Counted from the first letter of the stretch, positions 38,401-51,783 are shown. The stretch is DNA of 64,000 bases from Octopus bimaculoides (GCF_001194135.2 NC_068988.1:17739128-17803127); one strand, 5' to 3'. The notes: a model not told the origin generated them from the letters alone. Program-made: numbers and translations.

Positions 38401-39001
38401 TTAAGTCCTGTCTATTCTTTATTACGTGTTAAACTTGTTACTGATTATTCCAGCTGTTGCTCTATAATATCATTATATTATTTTCATATTCTATTGGATT
38501 TTTAGCTTACTTCTTATTTATATATAGGGTTCATTGCCGGTAGAATATTCATTTACACCGATAATATACATCAAAATTACATGAATTTCACATATGTTTC
38601 TCCTATACATTAGGAACACACCCTGATTAATCAAAATAAAATCATCGTATTTATACTTAATAGTAATATGTCTATCTAATATCTGACTTTTAATAACAAT
38701 AGTGATAATTTCGAGCTTATTTTTCTCTTTGTAAATGACCGCTTTTTCAATTGTTTTTTTAATTATGAATGCGGCTGTGTGGTAAGCAGTTTTCTTCTCA
38801 AATATAAGATTCCGGTCTCAGTCCTGTGCCAAAGCCTTGTGTGTGGATTTGGCAGACGGAAACTAAAGGAAGCCTGTCGTAGTTAGATCGATAGATAGGG
38901 AGAGAGAGAGAGAGATGGAGAGACATAGAGAGATACGTTCATACAAGCATACATTTATATGGTGGGTGTATTTGAATGTGTGTGTTAGTATTTGTGTTTC
39001 T

Positions 39002-39075
39002 GCTGGAGGGAATATCAGCCGAAACGTCGTGTTAAAAACAAAGATGAGGACAAATACCCGTCAAATGTAAATAAT
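39002..39075 (+). repeat. Hammerhead repeat, 3' half only (stem II, GAAAC, GUC cleavage triplet, stem I 3' strand)
   Basis: GCTG-gagggaatat-CAGCC-GAAA-CG-TC-GTGTT...GATGAGGACAAATACCCGTCAAATGTAAATAAT; CTGATGA and the stem I 5' strand are missing. Confidence 0.8.
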
Positions 39076-39190
39076 ATAAATAATATAAACAAAACATTGT
39101 CGTTTGCCAAGCATTTGTAGAACCAGTACTAAGGAAGGATAGGAAAATATTAGATTTATAAGCTCTAAAAGTCACTCCATAATTGCCAAC

Positions 39191-39447
39191 GGGTATATGG
39201 CATAGTGGTTAAAAGCGTAGGCTACTAACCTCAAGATTTCAAGTTCGATTCAAGTTCGATATTAATAATAATATATCGGAAAATACCTTAGGAATGATAA
39301 CCGAGGTTCGAAATTTCCCCAAGACATCTGATGAAGGCTGGACGGTATATCAGCCGAAACGTTGTGTTAACAACAAGCAAAATGAGGACAAATATCCGTC
39401 AAATGTAAATAATATCCATAATTCCTCATCTCTTAAATATAGAACTG
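39191..39447 (+). mobile_element. tRNA-headed SINE-like element carrying a minimal type I hammerhead ribozyme
   Basis: A box TGGCATAGTGG at 39198-39208, B box GTTCGATTC at 39243-39251, (AAT) spacer, hammerhead at 39322-39368. No T4 run occurs until 39452-39455. Confidence 0.75.
39322..39368 (+). ncRNA. Minimal type I hammerhead ribozyme motif
   Basis: Stem I GACAT/GTGTT; core CTGATGA at 39328-39334; an extra A; stem II GGCTG/CAGCC; GAAA at 39356-39359; palindromic AACGTT helix III; cleavage predicted after 39363. Confidence 0.75.
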
Positions 39448-39752
39448 TATGTTTTGTTTATGTCCTTTCCCGCAACTTAACAGTTCAGTAAAACGAGGCT
39501 TAAAAATATGATTATTGGGGACGATTTCATCGACTAAAGACATGAAAGCAGTGTTCCGGCATGGCTGCAGTCCAATGACTGAAATAAGTAACAGATGAAA
39601 AGATAAAAGAGGGTTTGTCCGATGAATATCTTTGGATTTTTAATCGTCGGCTAAACTATTTATATTAATAAGCTTATATCAAAGTACCATTTATTATTAT
39701 TTACAGGATCGTAGAAACGGTACCGTATAAAAAGAACATTCGCAGCGGAATA

Positions 39753-39783
<31 letters not shown>

Positions 39784-40149
39784 CGTGTGCGTGTGTGTGC
39801 GTGTGTGTGTGTATTAATATGTATATTGATATATAGTATAGTGCACTTGCAAAGACGTGCGTCTACTCCCTAATTAACACTGCTGCAAGATAACATTTAA
39901 CAATTGTTTTGCTTAAATTCTCTATAGATCGATAAATTAATGAAACTGTGACAAGCTACACCGACAATTATAAATAGCATATATGATATGAAGGTTCGAT
40001 TTCGATACCAAGAGTTTAATACAGAGAAAGAATACAGACTGCAAAGATGAATGTTGTAAATAACCTTAGAGGAATGAATGTCATCGAGATAAAGATGAAA
40101 ATGGCATTCTACAGGTTTTTTGAATACATACGTAGAAACATACATACAA

Positions 40150-40194
<45 letters not shown>

Positions 40195-40469
40195 CATGTA
40201 TACGTATATGTATATGCATGTGTGCCTGCTTATATGTATAAATACAAATGTGTATATATGTATATATATATATGTATATATATATATGTGTGTGTGTGTC
40301 TGTGTGTGTGTGTGTGTGTATAAATATGTATATATATATGTATGTATACATACACGCATAGAAACATACACACACATACACATATGCATGCATATATTTA
40401 TTTATATATAGATGTAGCTATGTACATATACGTATGTATATATGCATATACTCATTTATTATTTGTATT

Positions 40470-40530
<61 letters not shown>

Positions 40531-41090
40531 ACGATATATATATAGAAAGAAAAAGATATGTAACTAAGCTACTAAATTTAGCAATAAATTAAGATACACA
40601 ACGTTTTTGCCTGATTATATTTGGAAAAATAGGAATAATAGTTTATTTCAATTGTATTATTATTTTAGTCCCTATTGCCACTGCCCCGGCAAATATTAAA
40701 TAAACAAGGTGATTGTTGTTGCTATTCTTCTTTTCATTGCTGTTACTACAGTTATGCACTGCCAAACTTCTGATTACATTTTATATCAGTTCTCGTTCTT
40801 TTTGCTGCTGCTGCAACCATGATGTAAAATTCCTATATCGTCATTCTCTTCCCCTTTTGTAAGTTTTATTGTCTGTGAGTGCTTCATGCCGCTTCCTGTA
40901 GTGTCAAAATAATATGGATGTGAGCGCATGTGACTTTAAGTATAAACCTAAAGAAGATGCATATACATGATATGTATACAGACGATATATATACAGACAT
41001 ATGTATATATATATGTGTGCATATTTATGTGCATGTGTATATGCATATAAGTGTGTGTGTGTGTGTGTGTGCGCGCGTATGTATACGCAC

Positions 41091-41226
<136 letters not shown>

Positions 41227-43066
41227 GCAAGTACATATATATGTGTATATGGTGTGAATGTATATATGCAATATATAAAAATATATATCATTCTTACAAT
41301 CGGTCCTCCGGAATTTACTTCTTTGACATTTATTGTAATCGATAGCCGATTTAGAATTACTGCGAAATATTCCCGATACAGCCAGCATGATATATATTCT
41401 ACTGATAAGCTGTGACAGAGATGGATGTAATACATGTTACTCCCTAGATTGTTTCACTTGATTTGAAATCCATACATCTTTCGTAGCGTTTAGTTACGTG
41501 GGACATGAACAGATCAACTTGTGTGTATGACAATTTAATATGGAGTAATATATGCTTTACTGATCAATTTCCATTTCTCAAATCAAATGTTATGAATATT
41601 TGAATGTAAAGACGGTATATAAATACATTCCATACAGAAATCATGTTCTAACGAAAGCAGTGAGGACGTTTCAAGCATAAAATATTTGGTATTTGTTTCA
41701 TATCTTTACCAAAGGCTGCAGAATAATTACTAAGACCCTGTTTACTCACGAGCCCGTAGTTTCTCATTGTTTGTACCGGATACGAAGATATGTGTCATTC
41801 TAAACCTCATTTGTATGTGTATGTAAGCATAAGGTTGTATGAATATACGCTTGTGTCTCACACATACAGATTAATATACTAATAACTGACGTGTGTATGC
41901 TTCCATAAATGTCTACTGGCGCGTATGTATATGTATGCGGGTATTTGTATATACTTCATATAACTGGCTGTAGTAATTCATCGGTTTTGGGAAACAAAAA
42001 TTGTGAAAGAGCTTTACGTCGGTGATGGCTGCTCCGACATAATATCCAACTGTTGGGCCATAAATATACAACTCAATTTACTAATTGAAAGAGAAAAATA
42101 GGTTTTACTGACCTAGCAATCAGATTTTTCTCCCTTGATGTATTTTTCGATGCTTTTTCTATTCTAAAGAGAATATATTTAATGAAACCATTAACATGTA
42201 CACTTCTAAATAACCATGTGTTTTGTAAACCTAGCTGTAAGATTAATAAATGGACAGAAAATGGTTGTGAATTATTAACAAGAATGTCAACATTAATGTA
42301 AATGGTAACAACGTAATATGAGTTATAATATCTGTGAGGAAGTGATATAAAAGATGACGAGAATAAAGATGAGGAAAGTGATAAGGAAATGGACGATAGA
42401 TATACATACGTATATACATACATACATACACACATATAAACGTACATATATACACACACATGTATGTGTGCCCGTGTGCGCGCGTGTGTAGAAGATCGTA
42501 GGCACGATCAGCGACTTAGAGAAGTTATCCGCCGTTCCAAGTCCCGCCACCTCAGAAGATAACCAAATATTTACCTTCCACACCGATGGGATGACCAGCC
42601 CCGCGTCACGTCTCACCAGGAGTACGAATAGGGCCACACCCCATGTGACATCAGGTGGAAATTAATTGTTCAACAGGGCTCATAAATTAATGGAAGTGGT
42701 CGTTGCAAGATCTACATCGCGTAGAGAGCCAAAATTCTTAAGGACCATACGAAACCTGGCGCATTAAACAGCTGTAAAGAAGTGTTTCCTAAATGCATCC
42801 ACTTCAGATTGGATCTCCCCGTTTTCTAGTTAGGCCGCTTCGAGTCTGTAGAGGAAGATCCCCACATTCAGGAAAGATAACCCGTCTTCATTAACTTTTT
42901 TTTTTTTTTTTGGCTAAGACGTAATCCTTGAGTTCTGAGTGTTTCCCCACGTCTGCGACGCAGTTATTTTAAATTTTGTATTTATATAGTCTGCGAGCCG
43001 TCCACGTTTCTTTGTGGATGCGAAATATTGGGTTACTCTATGTCCAAGATATAAAATTTTTGTTGT

Positions 43067-43124
<58 letters not shown>

Positions 43125-43764
43125 TATATACAAACATACGTGTCTATATTTTCATACTTATATTAAATATACATGTGTACGAAATGGTAAATATAATATA
43201 GCAATGTAGGATATGTTTAGTTTTGGCATCTTAGTGGGAGTAAGATTCCCAGTCATACAGTGAGTGTCTATATAAACAGAAACCCTCAATAACATTCCGT
43301 GAATATAATTGCTGTCACTATAATATATAAAAACATATTTTCTGAAATGTTTTAAATTTGACTTTATACAACATACAGGTTATAAAGTTCACTTTTGGCC
43401 AAATCTGCGATAGAGGCAAGTTTAAAATCACTACTAATCATTTTGTTTATGCTGCTAGTTTGTGAAATGTTTTGGCAGATAGATTTTATAGATCATTTTT
43501 ATAAATGTTAGATTATTATCCTGAAGTATTACTGAAACATTGATTACTGTTATTGTAATGGATGTTATTTACATTGATTGCGAAGGAGGTTGAGTATCAT
43601 GGTTCTAAGCGTGTCAAGCCATAAGTTCCTTGTCTTATATAGTCATGACTATTTATGCTTGGAATCGATAACAAAAAATGTGGTATTCAACTGCTGGATT
43701 CGATTTGACAGGTTGAACTTTGCAAAATACGTAACTCTGCGCTTAAGCAAGGAATATTTACCAG

Positions 43765-43915
43765 TTGTTTCTAATATTGACATCAGGCCTGGCGTTTAAA
43801 AGGACGGTTAGTCATTTACTTCGATCCTAGTACTTGAGCAGCATTTTATTTTATTCTCCATGGAGGAAAGAAAGGCAACGCAGACCTCAGCAAGATTTGA
43901 ACAGTGAACGATGGA
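43765..43915 (-). mobile_element. Family B SINE, diverged 3' part
   Basis: AAAGGCAACGCAGACCTCAGCAAGATTTGAAC is a reverse-complement match to the core. Confidence 0.55.
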
Positions 43916-44438
43916 TAACCGAAATAAATAATGTGAAGCTTTTTGACGAAATAATAATTAGTAATTATGATAATCACAAGGATGTAAGAGAGTAATCGAA
44001 AACAATGTTTCAATCTTTCTGCATATTTCGTAACAATAAACAAGATCTTATGATTTATGTTCAGTAAAGCATAATGCTTTCGATCTAAATGACCTCGTTA
44101 AGATGTTTACAAATGCAACATTACTTCGATTGTTTATTTAAAATTGCTGTTTGTAACGTGTACAGCGTGATCTCAATCATCGATTATTTATCAACTTTCG
44201 TGTTATGCCATCGAATTGTTTCCAACGCGTTTAACGTCTTTAAATGCCGGCCGATGATCCAAATGTGCTTAGGTGTATCGAGCTTATATTTATTTTCAGC
44301 CAGTTATGGTTCCTATTTCCCGAATACACACATACAAACACGCGCGTGCAATGTGCTTCCAAATAAATGCCACGCACAAGTTATAGATCATTAGTGTGTG
44401 AACGAGCGAGAGAGAGACAGACAGACAGACAGATAGAA

Positions 44439-44491
<53 letters not shown>

Positions 44492-44895
44492 AAAAACATA
44501 CAACTTTCGGACAAGTTGGTTTTAATAAGTGTATTTAGTCTTTCACTTTGCTACATCACAATATACATTAGTAAATATATAAAGGTTACAAATTCCAATT
44601 TGCTCTACCTTAAATCTTTATGTCTCCATGCCAATAAAATGTATTTCTTCTGATTGGACAAAAGTTAATGTGGCCTCTCATGTAGAGTTATTGATTTCTA
44701 TCGTAGTCACACGTACAAAGTAAATCACATTCGTGATATATATAATAATTGTCCTGAAGTTAAAGAGGAAATTACTTATTTTTCTCATACCTATATAGAC
44801 TTCTTCTTTTCTTTCCCTTCTTTAAAGTATAACTTTTTTAATATGTTTCATTGCTTAGTGGCAGCCGCTATTCTATTTCCAATTATTGTCTGCAG

Positions 44896-44905
44896 TGAAG
44901 AGAAG
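44896..44905 (+). other. Candidate 10-nt micro-exon
   Basis: TTATTGTCTGCAG acceptor, TGAAGAGAAG, AAG|GTAAGG donor; both sites are near consensus. Confidence 0.3.
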
Positions 44906-46260
44906 GTAAGGAAAAATTGGATGTTTCGGCTTGAAATTGTTTTATCTCGAAAAACCAATCACTAAAATATGAATTCTTCTGCATATCTTGACCCACTGAT
45001 GAAATAATAGGTAAATTCCGAGAAACTTGCGTTGAAAATACTATTTTAAAACACTTCATAACGTTTCATTTGTTATTTTTCATAGATATTTTCATCTTTT
45101 ATGTTTTTTGGTTATCACTACTGTCATGATAGCAGTCGGTGTTGCAATCGTATCAAAGTTAAGGAGGCAAATCTCTTTATTGAATTACCAATCTACTGTT
45201 AGTGCAACTAACTTTGAATATGTATCAAAAATGTGTACACGTGAATGTGAGTCATTCTTGGTTTTTCACTACAAAGTAAATATATGGATTTTACTTGCCC
45301 TCTTTCTAATATATATAAAATCTCAATAAGATGATTGTACATTATTACTTATTACAAACAGTAAAATTGAAATATATTCTCTTTTTCAAGTATTCCTTTA
45401 GAATAGAGTTGATAGTTTAAATATTAATCCTGATTTGCTTTTGGTTTTATTTTATCCTAATTATAATTGTGGCAAAAATAATATTACATTTAAAAAATCA
45501 AAATTCTTTTAAGATAAATTTGGATTACGTTGTTATTTATGTGGGTATATATTTCGTCAAAAGTTCAGAGTGCACATAATTTCATTGATCAATCCAGAAT
45601 ATTGCACTGATAATTATACACCAATATTCTTTTATTTATTCCAGCCTGTCAGCCGTGGCCTTGTTGCAGTTTTGCCAAGGATGTGTGTGTGTGTGTGCGC
45701 ATGTGTTTATATGTATGTGCGCGTGTATTTGTGTTGTATGTGTGTGTGTGTGCGTTTATACATATGCATATCCACTCTTTTGCAATTAATGGTGCCATGT
45801 CTCTGGTGTGAGAATAACTTCCTCCCTTCCTTCCTCCAATTTCAATATTTCCTAAGCAGCATAATTGATACAGCGCTTTCCCGCTTCATTAAGTCATTCA
45901 AAAAGTAATTATTCATTTTCTTATCTGAGAAGGTGGACAGATGATGGGGTTTAGCGTTTTATGTACTTCTGACGAACACCCATACGCGAACATATTTATT
46001 CAGTATTCATTCTACAAATGAATATTATCAATTTCTGAAGCTCTTTTTAATTAACAATCATCGGCTGCTGGCTCTACGCCTGAATACTTCCTCACCTGGA
46101 AAGATTTGGGTTTGAACTTATCAGTGTATCAATCAATGAAATATTCGTTGTTTCATTAATGCTGTCTTGGTTTAATGGAGCAAAATATATCTCACTAACC
46201 TCTTGATGCTAGAAATATCAACTGATTTTCCTTTAAATTCTACCTTACTGCTTTAAACAG

Positions 46261-46283
46261 GCTGATGTCTAAAACTACACAGG
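46261..46283 (+). other. Candidate 23-nt micro-exon
   Basis: Long pyrimidine tract ending AAACAG; AGG|GTAAGG donor; only one frame is open (LMSKTTQ). Confidence 0.3.
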
Positions 46284-48503
46284 GTAAGGTATTAGATCAT
46301 AAACCATGCCTGAATAAAGTCATTCACAGAAAAATGTGCAACAATGTACAAATGTTTGAAACAGTGAGAGAAATTTTCTTTTATACTAATGTATAACATG
46401 ACTGCAAAAACTATAGAAAGTTGGTTGCGTGCGATTTGAGTGAGATTTAGTTGCTATTTCTGTGTTAGTTCATGTTCATTCTAATTGTTATTATGCTGCT
46501 GTAGACTTTCGATCATACGTATACTTAATCAGGGGTGAGTTGAGGGTAAGCAATAACAACATTAACTGATAACTAGGTGGATCCAGAAACTGGGTGCAAA
46601 GTATATTTGCTTGTCTGTAACTCTGAACTATCAGCGAGAAATCTGGTGCCTTCTCATATTGAGGCAGCTTGATTTAATCAATTATAATTGCTTTAATATT
46701 GGAGAGATGAATGAAGCGAAATTTTTCACCTATCCGTAGTAAAACGTAGTAAAAAATGAGATGCTGAATAAAAAAAATGGAGTGGTTAGTGTTAGCAAGT
46801 AAACACGATGAAAGAGTTCCTTTCTCAAAATGTCCTTGATTTGTCTTTCGTTTGAATGCAAATGTAATGCATAATAGATAAAATGGCTAACTAAAGCAGT
46901 ATGGCAATATCTTCAAATACATATTATGCTATAATTCACTTTTATCGGTAATACTGGAGGTGGATATAATTATATATAATAGCGTTGCAATATTGGATTC
47001 AAAAACCCTGAGATGGAAGAAGTTGAAAACTCCTCGTGAGACATGAACCCACATCCACTGTAAACATGACAGACGTACAAATATTGTCCCGTGGGCAGCC
47101 TTCGACTTTTTTCATATCGGGATCTTTTTTAACCCAGTGTTTACATGCTATTATTTATAGCTTTATCTACTTCGAGTTCCTTTGTTTAAAACGATTTATT
47201 TCACGTCGCTCAAAATTTCAAAATTCTGATGATGTAAACAATATATTATGCTGTTTTCTTTCCAACCAACAAATACTGCAATATCTACGGAACAATTATA
47301 GGTTTCTCACAGAGAACTTTACATTCTACTACTATGAAATATGTGAAACTAAACTAGCAACTAAATCTACATATGTCATGTTAAAATAATCGTTGCTAAG
47401 TTTATTGACCGTGATTTATTACTGTTTGGGACCTGTCTTCAAATTGTGTAACATTAATATACACCCCTTAACTTAATTTTGTTTTAAAATGTTACTGACG
47501 TCAAAATCTTTTTTAAAAAGTACAGCTTCAGCAATATTATCGTAAACATTTATGTACATAACCAGTGAACTACGTGGCAAGATTCTAGGTAGATATTTTG
47601 TTCAGCAGATAGGTTGAAGAGCAAGTAAATGTCTGCTTCATTTTTTAGGCATGTTAGCTGGCTGGTTATTGATTGATTGATAAATTGGTAACCAAATATT
47701 CAGGAAATCATGAAACTAGGAGATCTGTTTCCCTCTTTGATAGGAGTTTCTGTTTATGGAGTTAGATAAAATGGCAAAAATGCATGCCGTTTGGTCGACA
47801 GGTAAACCGCATATCAACGTACGAAGTTAGTAAGTATGCAACTAATGTATGGATGAAAGACACTAATTATAAAAACTATGCAAAAGAAAAAAAAACTCTT
47901 TGCTTTCCTCCTGTTTTGTCCTACTTTCAATATAAATGTCAATTATGTGTGGAATCATTTATTCAGCCAAATCTAAAACGAGAAATTAATCCAAATAAAT
48001 ACGTGATTTGCAGTTATCATTAATCGATATTTTCTTGAGAGCAATAATTACTTGCGATGTATTGATTGTCTATTATTATTGATTTTGGCAGATCCACTAC
48101 CGTTAAGAGTGCGTTTACGAATTCTATACAACAATTTCCATTTATGTTAGTACTATTCACACAATTAGTTGAATGCAATTACAAATGAAATAGCTACTGA
48201 GCATACAGCAGTTGTATTAAGTGTTGATTTTCGAGATTACTTGAGGTAATTCTAAGTTTGTGATATAGTCGATTCTTGTTACTCTTAGAAAGTCCTGTAA
48301 ATACCGGTTTATTCTTAGGAAAGGGTACGTACCGAAAACACAGCCAACTTCTTATTGTTAATGTAGATCTGAAACTGTTCTATGAAAGAGAATAAACACT
48401 ATTTCTTCACTTGTTGAGTATAATATGTTGACATTTATGTTAAGTTAATGTAGGTATACATTCCTGTCTATGTATCAAAGATTAAAATGTACTTAGATAT
48501 AAA

Positions 48504-48897
48504 GCGCATGCGCGGACGTATGGCTAGTTTGCTTCCCAACCACATGGTTCTGTGTTCAGTCCTACTGCGTGACGCCTCTATCAGGTATTGTCTGTATATG
48601 CTTTAGGTCGACCGAATCCTTGCGAATGTATTTGGTAGACAGGAACTGAAATGAGCCCGTCGTATTTGCTTATATCTATGTGCATGTGACTTGGAGCAGG
48701 TTTTTGCGTCCCACTACAGCTTTACAATCGGTGCTGGTGTATTTTTACGTCCTGGTAACGTAGCGGTTCAGCAAAAGAACTGATAGAATAAGCATTGGGA
48801 TCGGTGCTTTCGATTATAGTTCCTCAAGGTTATGCCCCAGCTTGGCTGTAAGTCAATGACTGAAACAAATAACAGATAAAAGAAAAGATAAAAGATA
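48504..48897 (+). mobile_element. Family A SINE, diverged full-length
   Basis: GCTTCCCAACCACATGGTTC head, TTTGGTAGACAGGAACTGAA, tail GTCAATGACTGAAAC...(AGATAAA)n. Confidence 0.8.
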
Positions 48898-48987
48898 CAT
48901 ATAACAAGTCCAAGAATAGACTTTTAACAGTTAATGGTTCATATATATTATGAATATAGGTGTTTGTTTAATATTACGACATATAAC

Positions 48988-49195
48988 GAGGCGGCGAGCT
49001 GGCAGTGTCGCACATCTGCCAAAATGCTAATCAGCATTACGGCCTTCTTCATGTTCTGAATTAAAATTCTGCTAAGGTCAATTTTGTTTTTCCTCCATTC
49101 GAGGTCAATAAAAAGTTGAACTTTGGAGTTGATGTAATCGACTAACCCCACCCCAGCATTGATGACCTTGTTCGAAAACTTGAATTCGGTATTAA
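48988..49195 (+). mobile_element. Family B SINE
   Basis: GAGGCGGCGAGCTGGCAG head and GATGTAATCGACTAAC. Confidence 0.75.
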
Positions 49196-49650
49196 AACAT
49201 ATATGTGGTCCATGTTCATCTCAGAGGTGACAATAGCTTATAAGTAGTGTGTGTTTGTATATATATATATATATATATATATTCCGTCAACGCATACAAG
49301 TAACTGTGTGTATGGATATATGCGTGTGCATGTGTGCGATGAAGTCGTCAACAGGACTCCAGGGTGTTATTTNNNNNNNNNNNNNNNNNNNNNNNNNNNN
49401 NNNNNNNNNNNNNNNNNNNNNNNNNNNNNNNNNNNNNNNNNNNNNNNNNNNNNNNNNNNNNNNNNNNNNNNNNNNNNNNNNNNNNNNNNNNNNNNNNNNN
49501 NNNNNNNNNNNNNNNNNNNNNNNNNNNNNNNNNNNNNNNNNNNNNNNNNNNNNNNNNNNNNNNNNNNNNNNNNNNNNNNNNNNNNNNNNNNNNNNNNNNN
49601 NNNNNNNNNNNNNNNNNNNNNNNNNNNNNNNNNNNNNNNNNNNNNNNNTA

Positions 49651-50073
49651 TATTCTTTTAATTCTTTCAGTCATTAGACTGCGACCATGCTGTGCCATGG
49701 TCTTGAAATTTAAGTCGAATGAATTGACCCCAGTATTTATTCCTTTTTAAGCCTGGTACCTATTCTATTGGTCTTTTTTGCCGAACTGCTAGGTTACGGT
49801 GACGCAAACCCACCGACACCGGTTGTGAAGCAGTGGTGGTGAGATAAACAAACAAACAAACACACTCACACAAACACACACACACATATATGTATGTATA
49901 TACGACGGGCTTCTTTCGGTTTCCGTCTAACAAATCCACTCACAAGACTTTGGTCGGCCGAAGGCTATACTAGAAGACGGTATACTAGAAGTCAAGGTGC
50001 CACGCAGTGGGACTGAGCTCAGAACCATGTGGTTGGAAAGCAAGCTTCTTACCACACAGCTATTCCTGCGCCT
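49651..50073 (-). mobile_element. Family A SINE, full-length, antisense
   Basis: Reverse complement of family A from the head (CTTCTTACCACACAGCTATTCCTGCGCC) to the tail (TTCAGTCATTAGACTGCGACCATGCTG). Confidence 0.85.
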
Positions 50074-50125
50074 TTGCACACACACACACACACACATTTA
50101 TATATATAGGTGCGCGCACATTATG

Positions 50126-50165
<40 letters not shown>

Positions 50166-50256
50166 CTACATCCTTTGTATATATGTGCATGAGTGTGTAT
50201 ATGCACAGGTTACTTATTGTTATCATTATTGTTTTGGCTGTTATTATAACAGCGTC

Positions 50257-50470
50257 GAGGCGCCGACGTGGCAGAACCGTTAGCACGCTGGACGAAATGC
50301 TTAGCAGTATTTCACTCGTCACTACGTTCTGAGTTCAAATTCAGCCGAGGTCGACATTGCCTTTCATCTTTTCGGGGTCGATTAACTAAGTATCAGTGAA
50401 ACACTGGAGTCGATGTAATCGACTAGTCTTCCACACCAAATTTGAAGCCTCGTGCCTCCAGTAGAAAGAA
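50257..50470 (+). mobile_element. Family B SINE
   Basis: Well-preserved head GGCAGAACCGTTAGCACGC and core CTGAGTTCAAATTCAGCCGAGGTCGACATTGCCTTTCATCTTTTCGGGGTCGAT. Confidence 0.85.
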
Positions 50471-51747
50471 TTTTAACAGCGTGAGTAATAAAGTTGTGTG
50501 TAATAGCTAACAATATCTATGATGGTTCATGAAATTTATCAGTTGAATAATATTTGTCTTCACTGTGTGAGTATGCGTACATGTGTATCTGTGTGTGTGC
50601 GGATGTATGTTTAGTTTAGAGTTTATCTTGCTTCTTGTTCTTTAAATAACGTATGTACGTACGTGATATATGGCATGATTGTCAAATAGATGAATGACAG
50701 CGTTGGGTAATATTTTCTCTTGTTAAGGAAGACAAACCTTTCACGCAAAACTATGCCAATTATAAATCAACTGATGAGATGCTCTTGTGAAAACTAAAGT
50801 GCAATCAGATGTTACATGTAAATTAAAGGCAACAATAATCGTAGATTCAGTGGCGGAGACCTACTAAAATAAATTCCTCGGGGATAAAAATAAGAAACAT
50901 AAGTTCACTAGTTCATGGTTTTGATTCTTGGTCAGTGAATGCTATTGGCTTTTTACTAGTTGAAGTAATCAATGGCAATATGTAGTATGAACAAATGGGA
51001 ACAACAGTGTAGGAAGACAGCCAACAAGGACTAGATTAATCTGAAAAGGTTTACAAATCGATAAAGAAGTTATTTTCATTGATTTTTGATGAAGGAAGAT
51101 GCCAGTAATGACTTGGATTTACGTTTAATGTAATTAATTACTTGTTCGATTTATTGAAGAAAAATAATAAATAACAACTAATGTTTTCTTTCTATTCCTT
51201 TGTAATTTGCGAGTATTTGAATCTATATGATCGTTATTGTTTTAAACAATAAGAAACAACCTAAGGAAGCCAATATGATCTCGTTGACCAAAATACTACA
51301 ATAAAATAGAAAAATATTCGCATGTATAAACTAATTTTCACCCTATGTTTTGTAAACATAACACAGAATTCTGTATTTTCCGCATTTCTGCGAATATCTT
51401 CAATGTTCTCTTTTGTATTTACGCGTTTGACTGTGTTCTAAGACGTAGGTAGGTAAGTCACTTTGTTTATCATGTATTTCTATTTCAATGTAATTGCTAG
51501 TGAAACATGTATGTAGTTCTTTCTCTCACCCTTTCGCTCTTTTGATCTCTGTTTACACATACACACATACAAACGTAGACGCAGACACACTGGCACACAT
51601 ATACTGGCACACACACACACGTACATACGCATTCACACACAAACACAAATTTAACACCCACCGATATCAACATATGTCCATGAATTTCTATTGATACGCG
51701 TATATACAGTTACTCGTGTACAAATGGGTGTGTGCCTATACGTGTAC

Positions 51748-51783
<36 letters not shown>

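Larger units (their letters stand above)
38771..39610 (+). mobile_element. Family A SINE split by nested insertions (5' part 38771-38880, 3' part about 39470-39610)
   Basis: 5' GCGGCTGTGTGGTAAG...GCCTTGTGTGTGGATTTGGCAGACGGAAACT and 3' GCATGGCTGCAGTCCAATGACTGAAA...AGATAAAAGA flank about 590 bp that contain the hammerhead modules. Confidence 0.65.

Noticed and set aside
42490-42890. GC-elevated block with faint RTE-like words (TLLYSC, AGH) on minus
   Set aside because: Too many stops and frameshifts to assign; probably an old LINE fragment.
46096-46208. 113-nt minus-strand open segment bounded by TTTCTAG and AG|GTGAGG
   Set aside because: AT-rich with a short pyrimidine tract, no homology recognised, and no phase-compatible neighbour found; kept only as a weak possibility.
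46505-48324. Further plus-strand exon-like segments extending the micro-exon chain
   Set aside because: They need weak or arbitrarily chosen splice sites; too many degrees of freedom to count as evidence.
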